DNA from: a virus
Length of the DNA stretch: 64,000 nt
Reading direction: 5' to 3' (one strand)
Virus record (IMG/VR): IMGVR_UViG_3300005096_000103
Span: 1 to 64,000 of that record
Of the stretch, positions 44,431 to 55,300 are shown in pieces (position 1 is the first letter of the stretch; each line of letters begins with the position of its first letter). The notes beneath the pieces are model-generated. The model made no database searches. It had not been told where the DNA came from and saw only the letters and a list, made by a program, of their open reading frames with translations. The position numbers and the translations under genes were made by a program.

Positions 44431-46461
44431 ATGGCGATAGGCAGAACCTTACTGAGAGTAGGCTACAGAGAACGTCCCGCACCTACCTTTATACTTCCCT
44501 ACATCCGAGGATACAAGTCTGGGTATAAAAGGATATTCGGTTCGACCGTTGACGAAGACAAGTCTGAAGTCACGTTTCCAGCTTACGCGCCACTAGCTGC
44601 TGTTGTCGTAGAAGATATGGAGAAAGTCTTCCCAGGTATACCTTGGAGTGACGAAGCATTAGCACAGCTCTCTTATTCGAGTAAGGCCTCTAGACTCATA
44701 GACTCTACGGATGAAGACGCTGCTATCACTGAGTCGTGTGTGTTACCGCCTTATGACCACCAGCTCATAGGCGTTAAGCGCGCTTTGTACTACCCACGGT
44801 ATGCGCTGTTTTACCACCCTGGTCTTGGTAAATCGAAGGTAGCTATCGACACTCTGAGGATACTAGCGAGCAGTATCTCGGGGATACTCGCAAGCAGCGC
44901 CGAGCGTGTCAACACGCTAATACTCGTGCCCTCTGCTAATCTGACGCTGAACTGGGCGCGTGAATTTACGCAGCACTGCACCGTTGCGGAGAAGTCAGCA
45001 AAGCTCTTCCACACCTACCCGTTCTGTAATGTCAGGGGGAGCTCTCTGACCAAAGCTCAGAGGGCTAAGCTCTACACAAAGATTGAGTCTGAGATGTCAG
45101 CGCGAGAGGGTACGTCACAACATACTATTATAATGATGTCGTATGACACCTTCGTCAACGACAGTAATAATCTGAGCCCTGCGTGTCTACAAAACCTGGA
45201 CGTAGCAGTGTTGGACGAAAGCCATCTGTTGATGTCTCCTAAGTCGAAGAGGACACTGTCCATACTTAAGAACCTCAATACACCTCGACGACTCCTGCTC
45301 TCAGGCACTCCTAACTCTGGAGACCCTCTCCACATCTATGGGCAACTGAGGTTCTTAGAACCGGCTATTCTCTCAGATAACGTATTTAGGTTTAAACTTA
45401 GATATCACATACTAGAAACAGTGTATCGATGCAGCGTGTGCTATACATTTAATAGCGCTGTATACAGTGTAAATGAAGCGACTAAGAAGACTATGTCATC
45501 ACAACCTAGGTTCTGTAGAAGTTGTAACGCGTCTAGGTTTAAGCGGGTGATGCTGACTGAAGGCTATAAGAACCTAGTCTCTCTAGCTATGCTTACGGAT
45601 ATGCTATGTCTAAGGAAGCGCCAGGAAGATTGTCTTGATCTCCCTGAGAGGAGATTTATAGATATAAATTACAAACTAGACAAAGCAACGAAGGCTAGTT
45701 ACAATGAGATCGTCAACGGGCTGGTAACTAAGGTTGGTGGTAAAGAAGTCACGCTTGCTAGATCTGCTGAGAGAACTCTGCGGATGCTACAAATACTAAA
45801 TGGATTCCTAGCGTACAAGGAGACTAGCTACCCACACGGTCCTGACTTCCCGGTGTATAAAACAGAGAAGGTAGTATTTAAAGCTCAGCCACGTATCACT
45901 GCTTTAGCCAGCTTACTTGACAGCATCCTAGTAGATTATGAGAATAAGGTTATAATCTGGGATTGGTTCATAGCTTCGATGGACCTAGTAGAAGACTACC
46001 TGATTAGTAAGAAGATAGGCTACGTAAGGGTTGACGGCTCTACGAAAGGTAGGACAGTACTCAAAGACAAATTCAATAATGATCCAGACTGTCGTGTGTA
46101 TCTATCTCAGATATCAACAGGTATAGGCATAACAATAAATGCTGCTAACTTTACTATCTATGCGGGGTGGACGTATGACCTTAAGCTCTACAAACAATCT
46201 CTAGAGCGTAATTACAGGATCGGACAGAAGAGGAGCGTCACTGTCTATAGACTCTTAGTCGAAGGTTCTGTACACGAAGCTCTACGCGCAGTCTTAGAAA
46301 CTAAAGAAGGTATAGCTGAAGCAATCACAAACAAAGACCTCTGCTTCACCTGCAAAGAACACCCTGGTTGTATCCTTAGTAAGATACAGCCCTTCACACC
46401 CGACTGCTTGGTGTGCCCAGATAAGCTATTCAAAGTCAAGTCACGCCCTGCACTACTCTAA
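44431..46461 (+). CDS. SNF2-family DNA helicase/ATPase with Zn-ribbon insertion
   Basis: PGLGKS (I), VLDESH (II), LSGTP (III), GIGITINAAN (V), QSLERNYRIGQ (VI); CSVC...CRSC insertion. Confidence 0.9.
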   Translation: MAIGRTLLRVGYRERPAPTFILPYIRGYKSGYKRIFGSTVDEDKSEVTFPAYAPLAAVVVEDMEKVFPGIPWSDEALAQLSYSSKASRLIDSTDEDAAITESCVLPPYDHQLIGVKRALYYPRYALFYHPGLGKSKVAIDTLRILASSISGILASSAERVNTLILVPSANLTLNWAREFTQHCTVAEKSAKLFHTYPFCNVRGSSLTKAQRAKLYTKIESEMSAREGTSQHTIIMMSYDTFVNDSNNLSPACLQNLDVAVLDESHLLMSPKSKRTLSILKNLNTPRRLLLSGTPNSGDPLHIYGQLRFLEPAILSDNVFRFKLRYHILETVYRCSVCYTFNSAVYSVNEATKKTMSSQPRFCRSCNASRFKRVMLTEGYKNLVSLAMLTDMLCLRKRQEDCLDLPERRFIDINYKLDKATKASYNEIVNGLVTKVGGKEVTLARSAERTLRMLQILNGFLAYKETSYPHGPDFPVYKTEKVVFKAQPRITALASLLDSILVDYENKVIIWDWFIASMDLVEDYLISKKIGYVRVDGSTKGRTVLKDKFNNDPDCRVYLSQISTGIGITINAANFTIYAGWTYDLKLYKQSLERNYRIGQKRSVTVYRLLVEGSVHEALRAVLETKEGIAEAITNKDLCFTCKEHPGCILSKIQPFTPDCLVCPDKLFKVKSRPALL

Positions 46462-46471
46462 GGAGCGATCA

Positions 46472-47434
46472 ATGTCAGGTTTATTCGGTACACAGACGTC
46501 CTACCTAACACAGGAGGACATTACTTCTCTAATCGAGAAGACATACACAGTACTCGGCGCGGAGATAGCGTCAGTAAGGTGGCTCGACGACAGCACCTGT
46601 GCTGTAGAGTATATCAAAGGTCCAACCTACAAAGACTTTGACGAACTCCTAGATTCTAAGCTGCGAATCTTAGACCCTGCGGAACGTCCCTCAGACAGCA
46701 GAGCCGCAATCGAAGCAAAGAAGTCTGCGCTTAGGACGAGTGTAACGCCAGTGAAAGGCTCAGCTCGCAGAGGTCCCACGCCACAGGAGGTTCCAGTTGT
46801 CAAGACTGCAGGGACAGCTAGATCCTCTCAGGCTATCCCCGCTCCTAAGTGGAATACCTCTGACAAATTCGTGGTAGACCCTAGCATGGGGCCAGGTCCG
46901 GTTCCATACATCCCTGACATGGAGCTGTACTTAGTTAACGCCCGGAAGAAGTTAGACGAGCTTGCTGAGGGGGAAGAGGCTGGACTAACTCTAGGTATAG
47001 TATTCGGCAACCCTCAGGACCTTGTAGGGTGGGAGCAACTCACCTGCTACAACTACGACTCTGAAGAGTGGCGAGAGAAGAGCAACGAGGACCGTATTGC
47101 AATGCTGTTGGGCATGTGCACGTCTGAGAATCCAAACGTTCGCATTCGTAGACGAAATAAGGATGGAGATCCTGAAATTGCGATAGGCTTATCTGCAGCG
47201 CAAACCGAGAGAAACATCCACCAACTTATGGACCCTACAGACCTAAGTATGAAAAAGCGTTCTGCAGCGCTTAGCGTGATAGGGAAAGTCCACAAGTACA
47301 AAGAACTCCATGGTCCAGTGTCTCCTGACAGTAATGTATCTACTACACTGTCTAAGCGAGCGATAGCGAAAGAGATGGGTGTCTCGTACCGCCCTAAGCA
47401 TAAGTTTGATGTAGAGGGTAAAGACGTTGTTTAA
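46472..47434 (+). CDS. Hypothetical protein
   Basis: 320 aa, AGGAG SD. Confidence 0.75.
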   Translation: MSGLFGTQTSYLTQEDITSLIEKTYTVLGAEIASVRWLDDSTCAVEYIKGPTYKDFDELLDSKLRILDPAERPSDSRAAIEAKKSALRTSVTPVKGSARRGPTPQEVPVVKTAGTARSSQAIPAPKWNTSDKFVVDPSMGPGPVPYIPDMELYLVNARKKLDELAEGEEAGLTLGIVFGNPQDLVGWEQLTCYNYDSEEWREKSNEDRIAMLLGMCTSENPNVRIRRRNKDGDPEIAIGLSAAQTERNIHQLMDPTDLSMKKRSAALSVIGKVHKYKELHGPVSPDSNVSTTLSKRAIAKEMGVSYRPKHKFDVEGKDVV

Positions 47435-47458
47435 ATGTAGCGACATTGTTTAGAGGTA

Positions 47459-48448
47459 ATGACATTGTATAAAGTAATACCCTGGGACGGAGAAGGGTCT
47501 GAGAAACTTCTTAAGCTCCCTAAAGGTCACTTCTCTGTATCACAGTTCGGCTTGTTCAATATCTGCTCAATGAAGTATAAGTATAAGTACGACGAGTCTG
47601 AGAGTGATACCACTAGCTCGAACCAGGCTCTAGGCAGTTTCGTACATAAGATACTCGAATGTCTGATGATCGAGTACAGAGACCACGAATACACAATCCC
47701 TGAAGCAGGGTTCATTAACGAGAGATTCAAGCACTACGCGGACAAGTATTTAGAGAGTGTCACCTACTTCACCGCAGGCATGTCCCCAGAGACGTTCATT
47801 GGAGAAGCCAGAGAACTAGTAGATCTTTACGTTCTAGAGCGGCTTGGTGATCTCAGGCCTCGCTTAGTAGAGCATAAGATACTTGCAGTATTCGAGGGTC
47901 AGAATCCTGCTGGCGAGATAGTAAGCGCACCTATACTTGGCTACGCAGATATTATCGACCGTGATATATTAGCTGAGAAGGCATTTGGGATAGACCCATA
48001 CGCTACGACAATCCAGCCGACTGACATCATCCGGGATATTAAAGTCGTTGGTAAAAATAAAGGCAAGAATGAGGTTCACAAGTCTGCGCAGCTCAGTCTC
48101 TACTGTGCAGCAACTGGTACAAACAAAGCCGGGTTCGAGATTTGTAGGAGGCGGAATAGTAAAGGTGAGGTAGCAGTAATCCCTCACCCAAATGTGCAAG
48201 TAGAGGGTGTTGACTACTCGCTAAGATCGAGGGGTGAACTTAACTGGTGTGTCCAGGTTTTCATAGAGACTGCGTGGCAAGTGTCTCAGAAGATGTTTCG
48301 GCGTACGAATCCTGAGAACTGGATGTGTAGTGAAAAGTGGTGTCACTTCTATAATGACTGCCATGATACAATTTCTACAGGTCTCAAAGCACACAAGTGG
48401 TTAGAGGATAAAGACTTCGGGATCTCTGAGGAACCAGGTGACAGGTAA
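47459..48448 (+). CDS. PD-(D/E)XK nuclease, Cas4/RecB-like
   Basis: FSVSQF..C, GSFVH, GYADII, IRDIK, QLSLY; C-terminal CSEKWC.FYNDC (1+3 Cys Fe-S pattern). Confidence 0.85.
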   Translation: MTLYKVIPWDGEGSEKLLKLPKGHFSVSQFGLFNICSMKYKYKYDESESDTTSSNQALGSFVHKILECLMIEYRDHEYTIPEAGFINERFKHYADKYLESVTYFTAGMSPETFIGEARELVDLYVLERLGDLRPRLVEHKILAVFEGQNPAGEIVSAPILGYADIIDRDILAEKAFGIDPYATTIQPTDIIRDIKVVGKNKGKNEVHKSAQLSLYCAATGTNKAGFEICRRRNSKGEVAVIPHPNVQVEGVDYSLRSRGELNWCVQVFIETAWQVSQKMFRRTNPENWMCSEKWCHFYNDCHDTISTGLKAHKWLEDKDFGISEEPGDR

Positions 48449-48513
48449 GTGTAGGTAGTATACACTGTGTTCCCTTAAAGTACTAAGGGTACAACACTAA
48501 CGGAGTAAACGTT

Positions 48514-48687
48514 ATGGAAAAGTACGGAGTTGACCAGCGAGAAATAGTAGACGCGCCAGGTGGTACCGTGAAACTCGCGAAGGAGATATATAGGATATCA
48601 TGCGTGAAGTGCAACAGGTCTCTACCCGACGGTGTAATCCTCCTAGTCTGTAAAGCCTGCCTTGAGAAAGAAGATAAGGATTACTGA
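48514..48687 (+). CDS. Small zinc-finger protein (57 aa, not in ORF track)
   Basis: GGAG SD; MEKYGVD...CVKC...CKAC; TGATG overlap with the next gene. Confidence 0.7.
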   Translation: MEKYGVDQREIVDAPGGTVKLAKEIYRISCVKCNRSLPDGVILLVCKACLEKEDKDY

Positions 48688-49211
48688 TGTCTAACACTCG
48701 TAGCACGTTAAGTAGAGGAGAGAGTCTAGGTTTCTTGACCGTCGTACTCTTAGTGATGGTTTACTTAGCCACGTGTGTTATAACTAGTATCCTCACCCCG
48801 ATACCGGTAGTTATGGCCCAGGGTATAGAGTTAGAGAATCGAGCCTTAGCTAAGCCCTCATGGGAGCGATGCATCGTCGATGGCGTAAAGTTTAATTGCA
48901 TTACTCTAGAAGAGTCTAAGAATTACCTAAATCTTTACGTTGAGTATAAGGCAACACGCAGCCGGTACACTCTGCTAGAGAAAGAACTGACGCTGACAAA
49001 AGATAAGGTTAAGCTAGTGACAGTGTACTCAGACAAACTAAGAGATAGAGGAGATAAAGACACAAAGCTAATTGAAAATATGAGAATAATGTTGGTAGAA
49101 GAGGTCAAGGCGTCATATAGTTTATATAGCATCATAGCTACTGGAGCGGCTTCACTACTTATTGGTATACTAACCGGCTATATATTTTCTAACTTGCCGG
49201 CGTCTCCTTAA
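48687..49211 (+). CDS. Membrane-anchored coiled-coil protein (spanin/Rz-like architecture)
   Basis: N-terminal TM/signal, central coiled coil, C-terminal TM. Confidence 0.45.
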   Translation: MSNTRSTLSRGESLGFLTVVLLVMVYLATCVITSILTPIPVVMAQGIELENRALAKPSWERCIVDGVKFNCITLEESKNYLNLYVEYKATRSRYTLLEKELTLTKDKVKLVTVYSDKLRDRGDKDTKLIENMRIMLVEEVKASYSLYSIIATGAASLLIGILTGYIFSNLPASP

Positions 49212-49261
49212 CTAGACTCTTCGACGAACATACGAACATAGTAACAAAGGAACAGACTAGC

Positions 49262-50428
49262 ATGGCAAAACCTACAACTACGTCTTCTGTCAAACTTATC
49301 CCAATCAAAAGCATCTACGTCTCGTGGAAAGACAATCCGAGAGGTGAGCACTGGGGGAGTGACGATGACGAAGAGTTCCAGCAGCTGAAGGAGTCTATTC
49401 GAGAGTCTTTCCATCGCGGGAATCCGCACGGTCTAGTAAGCTCGGTTAGTGTCCAACCTGTAAACACTATCCCCAAATATAAGTATAAGCTGGTGTCAGG
49501 CTACCGGCGGTTCCGGTGCATGCAGGAGCTGTACGCAGAGAAGAAAGGTTCTAGAAATATTAATACATGGGCCTCTAAGATCCCAGCGATCGTAAAGGTC
49601 ACCGGAGACGATGAATACGCTGTTATCCTAGCTCTCTATGACGCGCTAGCAGAAAATCAGCAACGAGCTGCAATGGATCCCTACGCAGAAGCTGGGGCGT
49701 TAAAGTTCCTCATGGAAGCAGAGGATATCAGCGCACAAATTTTAGCTGGGAGAATCCACAAATCTTCTAGTTATATCAAACAGCGTCTAACTATCCTTAC
49801 AATCACAGACGATGTAAGGGAGCTTGCTAGAGAAGCGGGCGCTACAATGTCCCAACTTCGAAGCATCGCAACTCTCCCGGTTGTTGACCAGAAGAAGACG
49901 ATCAAAGCTATCAGCAAAGGACTAGCCTCAGGTAGGGATACCCGTGCCTTTATTGCCGCGCTAAGGAAGGCAACTCGCAAAGCTGTAGAAGCTAAAGCTG
50001 ACGCGGATAGCGTAGTTAACACAGGTAAAGTAGGCGGAACCACGACAGCCAGCAAAAGTACGGCTGCCAATAAAGAGGTAAAACTTACGGAGGTGAAGCC
50101 AAAGAAAGACACGCAGAAGACCCCTACTGCTGTAGATGGTACACCCTCTGCTGCAGATGATGCCCCTGTACCAGATCCTAAAGTTGTTGATCCAGCTAAC
50201 GCAGCCACCGTTCCGCTGCAGTTGTCTGCGAGCTTACTAGCAACAATGTCAAACAACGCAACGCAGAACGCGTTTAGGCTAATGGTACTCGGTATCCTAG
50301 AGTGGGAGAGCTTTAGAGGTGGGGATACGAACAACGTGTTCGCGAAGGTGAACCTTGACCAGAGTACTAGGGAACTCAGGGTAGAGATCCTAGAAAAGAT
50401 GCGCGCTAAGCTTTTGAAAACTATGTAG
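49262..50428 (+). CDS. parB: ParB/Spo0J-like protein
   Basis: VSGYRRFRC (GxRR motif), AENQQRAAMDPYAEA, HTH AQILAGRIHKSSSYIKQRL. Confidence 0.8.
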   Translation: MAKPTTTSSVKLIPIKSIYVSWKDNPRGEHWGSDDDEEFQQLKESIRESFHRGNPHGLVSSVSVQPVNTIPKYKYKLVSGYRRFRCMQELYAEKKGSRNINTWASKIPAIVKVTGDDEYAVILALYDALAENQQRAAMDPYAEAGALKFLMEAEDISAQILAGRIHKSSSYIKQRLTILTITDDVRELAREAGATMSQLRSIATLPVVDQKKTIKAISKGLASGRDTRAFIAALRKATRKAVEAKADADSVVNTGKVGGTTTASKSTAANKEVKLTEVKPKKDTQKTPTAVDGTPSAADDAPVPDPKVVDPANAATVPLQLSASLLATMSNNATQNAFRLMVLGILEWESFRGGDTNNVFAKVNLDQSTRELRVEILEKMRAKLLKTM

Positions 50429-50482
50429 CTGTAGATAACAAACGTGCAGAATAGCAAACGAACAGAGTAACAAGGATAACGA

Positions 50483-51331
50483 ATGGCAACGAAGAAAAGC
50501 AAAGAAGCCGAGACAGATATCACTGGGACAGATATCGCTGTAGCAGCGACGTCTGTTAACGGTATTATCAACGTCTATAGTCTAGACCTCTCACAGGACC
50601 ATATAGAGAATCTGCAAGAGCTCTTAGGGATGATCAGCGGTGAAGCTGATGGTCTTGAGACAGACGACGACTACGTGTACAGGCCTCCTTACGTCTACCT
50701 CGTCCAGGCTATGACGAATGAGGATCGTAGAGGTGAGGCAAAGAATGGGGAGATGGTAGCAGAGGGTGAGGTCATCTCTAAGCTAGGAGAGGAACTCAAA
50801 CTGTACCCGCTGATGGCGTGGGTACAGAGAATGCACATGGAGGACAGTGAAGTTGTTTGCTCATCTCGCGATGGGAAATACAATCGCGAGGGCGAGGAGT
50901 GCGCGAGGTGCTCAGACAACAAATGGATTGAGCGTACACCGCCTAAGTGCACCAAACAACACGTGATCCTATTCCTCGCAGGGGATATGCGCGAAGTATA
51001 CCAGATCTCTTTCCAGAAAACGTCGTCTAAGGCTGGCGAACAGATCTTGAAAGCTATCCGCAGATCTAGAGGTGTGGGCCAGTGCGTAATCCTACTAGGA
51101 CGTACGCAGATGACCAACAAGCGAGGAGAGAAGTACTACGTTTATAAGGTTAAGCGTGGGACTGAACCTATGACCGCCGGTGAAGTAGCGGTCTGTAAAG
51201 GTCTGTCGAAGAGGTTCACAGAAGATCGGCGGAAAGTCTTGATCGCTGCGGAGTCTTCCAGATCTCAGCTCGGAGAGGGTACGGTAGATATTACACCCTC
51301 GACTCCTGATACAGATGATGTCGCTATGTAG
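50483..51331 (+). CDS. Putative ssDNA-binding/recombination protein
   Basis: 282 aa, aromatic beta-strand core, acidic C-terminal tail, located between nucleases and the primase. Confidence 0.35.
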   Translation: MATKKSKEAETDITGTDIAVAATSVNGIINVYSLDLSQDHIENLQELLGMISGEADGLETDDDYVYRPPYVYLVQAMTNEDRRGEAKNGEMVAEGEVISKLGEELKLYPLMAWVQRMHMEDSEVVCSSRDGKYNREGEECARCSDNKWIERTPPKCTKQHVILFLAGDMREVYQISFQKTSSKAGEQILKAIRRSRGVGQCVILLGRTQMTNKRGEKYYVYKVKRGTEPMTAGEVAVCKGLSKRFTEDRRKVLIAAESSRSQLGEGTVDITPSTPDTDDVAM

Positions 51332-51378
51332 CCTGACGTCGCTATGTAACTGACACCATTACATAAAAGCTGTATACT

Positions 51379-51419
51379 GAGGGGCGTGGTACAATTAGTT
51401 TAATTGTGCTGAGCCCCTC
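51379..51419 (+). terminator. Intergenic hairpin (possible terminator)
   Basis: GAGGGGC / GCCCCTC outer stem with inner GTACAATT / AATTGTGC. Confidence 0.5.
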
Positions 51420-51455
51420 CGCTATATTTTAGCTTAACTCTCCAGAGGATATGAG

Positions 51456-52316
51456 ATGCCCACCAAGCCAAACAATACGGTACCCCTCGTAGCCTCTGCA
51501 GAGGGTATCATCTGGTCACACTCAAAACTTAACACAGCAATCGACTGCTCACATAAGTATTACAACCTCTACCCGCCCCTTGGATTCCAGAAGGCTACTA
51601 CGTATCGAGTAAGCATTGGAGACGGTAGAGTTGGATCTGTTGTACACGATGTACTCGCTACAAAGATATCTGGGAAGAGTCGTAACAGTACTACTGAAGA
51701 ACTCATTAGACGCTCAGGTGTTAAACATGACATCACATTCCCTGAGCTACTAAGGTCCCTTGAATTCTTAGGTAATATCGATAAGTTCGTTGAAGACAAC
51801 AATGAATGGGTAGAGAGGATGGGTGCAAAGCTCATAAGCCGTGTAGCTGAGCAGAAGCTCGCGATAACAAAAAACTTCAAGCTCGCAAAGTATTGGCCTA
51901 GAAGAGGTCAAGTCACGCCCTGGATGCGAGGGTGTGTTGATTTGCTAGCACACGTAAAGACAGACTCAGGTAGCGAAGTGCTTGTCATCCTCGATCATAA
52001 GACTGGACCTCCTGAGATGACAACTGCAGTATTCGAAGAACAGTTTAGGGTATACGCTGTGTTAGCGACGGTTCTGTATCCTAAGGTAAGTACAGTACTG
52101 GCTCAGCTACACTTCCCTAAAACAGGTGAGGTTATTAAAAGAGAGTCAACAGTATCTAGGGAACAGATACTCGATGAGTTTAGACCCTGGCTCATGGATA
52201 AGGTTTCCAGAGCACTAGACAATATAAAAGATGGGAGGAAAGCTGTGAGAGGTCCGTACTGCAAGTACTGTAACTATCAAGCTAAGTGCCCTGCGATGAA
52301 TACCCTTCCTACTTAA
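51456..52316 (+). CDS. PD-(D/E)XK nuclease, Cas4/RecB-like (second copy)
   Basis: WSHSKL...C, GSVVH, RGCVDLL, ILDHKTG, QFRVYA; C-terminal CKYCNYQAKC. Confidence 0.85.
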   Translation: MPTKPNNTVPLVASAEGIIWSHSKLNTAIDCSHKYYNLYPPLGFQKATTYRVSIGDGRVGSVVHDVLATKISGKSRNSTTEELIRRSGVKHDITFPELLRSLEFLGNIDKFVEDNNEWVERMGAKLISRVAEQKLAITKNFKLAKYWPRRGQVTPWMRGCVDLLAHVKTDSGSEVLVILDHKTGPPEMTTAVFEEQFRVYAVLATVLYPKVSTVLAQLHFPKTGEVIKRESTVSREQILDEFRPWLMDKVSRALDNIKDGRKAVRGPYCKYCNYQAKCPAMNTLPT

Positions 52317-52338
52317 ATATGTACTAAACGAGGGTACT

Positions 52339-55300
52339 ATGTCTCAAGGGAAACCTATACAGTGTAATCGCCAGTTGTGGACTGGTGTAGCTAACTCAGG
52401 GTTCAAAGCGATACTAGACGCCCTAAACCTTATAAAGCCTGACAACAAATGGAGCGTTAAGCGGGGTCACATACTCGGTAGGTGTGTTAACCCTGATCAT
52501 CTAGACATCAACCCCTCTATGGCGTTCTCACCAACCCGAGGTTTTGTTAAGTGTTTCAGCTGTGGATACGCGGAAGCTTCGCTGTCAGACTTCTTCAAAG
52601 ATCTTACACGCGATAAGGCTGCGTTCCCTGAGTTCATCACAGGGTTAGGGATCCGACTATCGAATAGGTATCGTAACAGCCTATTCGAGAATCATGAGCT
52701 TAAGGTTATACGTAGTACAGTGGGAAGGGCCATGAACTTCCTACTACAAGACGCACTGATAAACTATTATGATGAAGAGTACGCCTACTGCCGTAGAGCA
52801 ATAGAACTCATAATCTCAAGGCGTATCCCTGCTAACCTCTCTGTTCTATCAGGGTTGTCGCTAGGTATATTCCCAAACAAATACCACCTATTCAAGTACC
52901 TAACTGAGGGTACCGGGATATGGTCTCCTGATAACGAAGGTCAGAAGTACAGTTTTGATAGAGTACTAGAACTCTTAGGAGGGACACAACACTTCTCCTC
53001 TGACCCCGGTTATGTGTCGCCTCATACAGGCTGGGTTGCGTTTCCTTACTACGTAGACTTCAGGACTATCGGTGGATTTAAACTACGAAACCCTACAGAG
53101 AAACAATTCTCGTGGGTTGGGCATATAGATCCTACAGTCCCTCAGCCTGTCGAAGGAGCTGTTGACGTAAAATCACCTAGAGGTCTATACGGACTTAACC
53201 AGTGTGGTCGCGTACTACAGTTCGCAAAAGAAGGCGCAGTATCCAGCTCCGAAATCCATGACAACCGCGTGTACATTAAAGAAGGGGAGTTTGATGTAAT
53301 CTCCTGTCAGATCGCACAAGCCCGAGAGTTCGGGGCGTCCTACAACTCTAGAGCCTTCGTAGGTGCGTCGGGCGGTGGGCTTGACTCAAGTCTAGACTAC
53401 CTGAAAGACTGTGGGATTAAGTATGTATCAGTCTTAGGAGACTACGACCACGGTGGTGAAGAGTTCGTAACACACGTTCTCGAAGCTACATCAATCCCCG
53501 CAGTAGTATTTGACTGGACAGCTACTGAGTCTCTCAAAGACTTATTAGCTAAAGGCGTTGACACCAAGGGGTTAGATCCAGATACCGTAGTCACAAATGG
53601 TCTAGGTTCGATGTTCCTTAGAGACATTGGCAATCCTAACTGTTGGAAATCTCCAGTAGATTGGTTCCTAGACTCTACGAGTGCCTTACGGAAGCGACTT
53701 AGAGATACCCGAGTCTCAGGTGAGAGTGATCGTGAAATAGATATTAAGGCTATAGACGCGTATGCCGGTGCGCTAACTCAGCTACAAGACTCAGAACGCC
53801 AAGAGATATTCACAAGTCTTAAGGCAGAAGAGTACGCGACAGCTGCAGTCTCACGAGCTTTTGTTCACGGTCGTGATGATGACGAGGCTATCATTAGGAT
53901 GCTAGAGTTCGCCATGGGGGAACACCTTAAGCCGCTGATGCGCGAGGGTGGCATATACTACTTCTGTAAGCTTACTGACACAGAAATAGTTGAACTTGAG
54001 CCTTCTAAGCCCGCGACGCATGTTGCTAACTCTATAGAACTAGTACTAGCGAATATTACAGGGTGTCACCTTGTAGAATGGGCTAGACAGCTTGAGTTAC
54101 CTAAACGTGTGTTCTTCAAGGAGAAGAAACTTAAAGATGTTACGATATATCAAGACCGCAGCCTCCTTGAGATAAGGAAAAGTCTCGACTCGTATGTGAA
54201 GAGTGCAGTAATACACATGTGTAAGTCGAGTACATGCCCACCTGTCTTCAACCTAGACCAGAATGGTGCAGGATTCTATTACTATGGCTGGAAGAACACA
54301 TCGGCAGATAGTAGTAAGCATGTCTACATTGTAAACGGGAGGAGTGTCTATAAAGGTGCGTTCCCTCTAACCACGCATCCTCCTGCTACTCCAGACCAAA
54401 AAGACCCCTACGCCTACACAAATAACACAACAGGAGTATCTGACCCTCTAGTTAAAACTGTTACGTACACTAAAATGAATATACCTACAGAGAATGGGGT
54501 GCTATTCAATATCGAGGGACGTCAGTGGTCTGACCTTGATATAGATTCGCTCAATACACGGTATGAAGCACTAACTCCCCGTGAGCTATTTGACCAGCTA
54601 GTAAACATCTTAAATATAGGCTGGTCATTCATACCTGAGAAAGATCTCAAGCTCAACGATCGTATAAACCAAGATCTAACGTGTAGATATCTAGCCGCAT
54701 GGATTATGTCATCAGCAGTACTGACATTGTTCGAGACACGGAACCAAACATATATAACCGCTGAACCCTCGTCAGGTAAGACGACCTTACTCGAATCCCT
54801 GATCTCCGCTAAAGGCGAACTTGCCTTACTCGACTCTTCGGAGTTCTACTCTGAATACACTGTAGCCGCAGTACTACAAGGTGTAACTAATCGGGCAGTC
54901 CCCCTGCTCTTAGACGAATTCGAGGCAGCTACGGTAGGTAACAAAACTAGAGGCGTAGTAGCACGCGCCCTACTAGAAGCATTCCGAGCAAACTATAAAG
55001 GTGAAGTGACCTCAGTTCGAGGTACGAAGGAACAGAAGCAACGTAAACGTAGTTTCAGTGCGTCATGTCTGTTCGCAGGAATCAATCCACCATTCGCTGA
55101 TTCAGCGGATAGATCTAGGTGGATAATCTTGAACCTTGTTAGGGAAGCTGGGCGGGCAGGCCCAATAGATCTTGTTCGAGACGTCTATTCTAAAGAAGAC
55201 ATCACGACAATAAAGCAAGGGCTGAACAATATGCTACCCCAGCGGGCGCATGAGATTCTAGAAGCGTATAGATGGTGTAAGCGTCACAAGACGGTATTTC

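Noticed and set aside
48687-49211. Confident spanin call
   Set aside because: The architecture fits, but no endolysin or lipoprotein o-spanin is visible nearby; kept at low confidence.
49771-50571. 266-aa antisense ORF (likewise 36885..37463, 40050..40574, 41038..41397, 41045..41410 and many others in the track)
   Set aside because: These are shadows of confidently assigned genes on the other strand or frame, with no SD or motifs.
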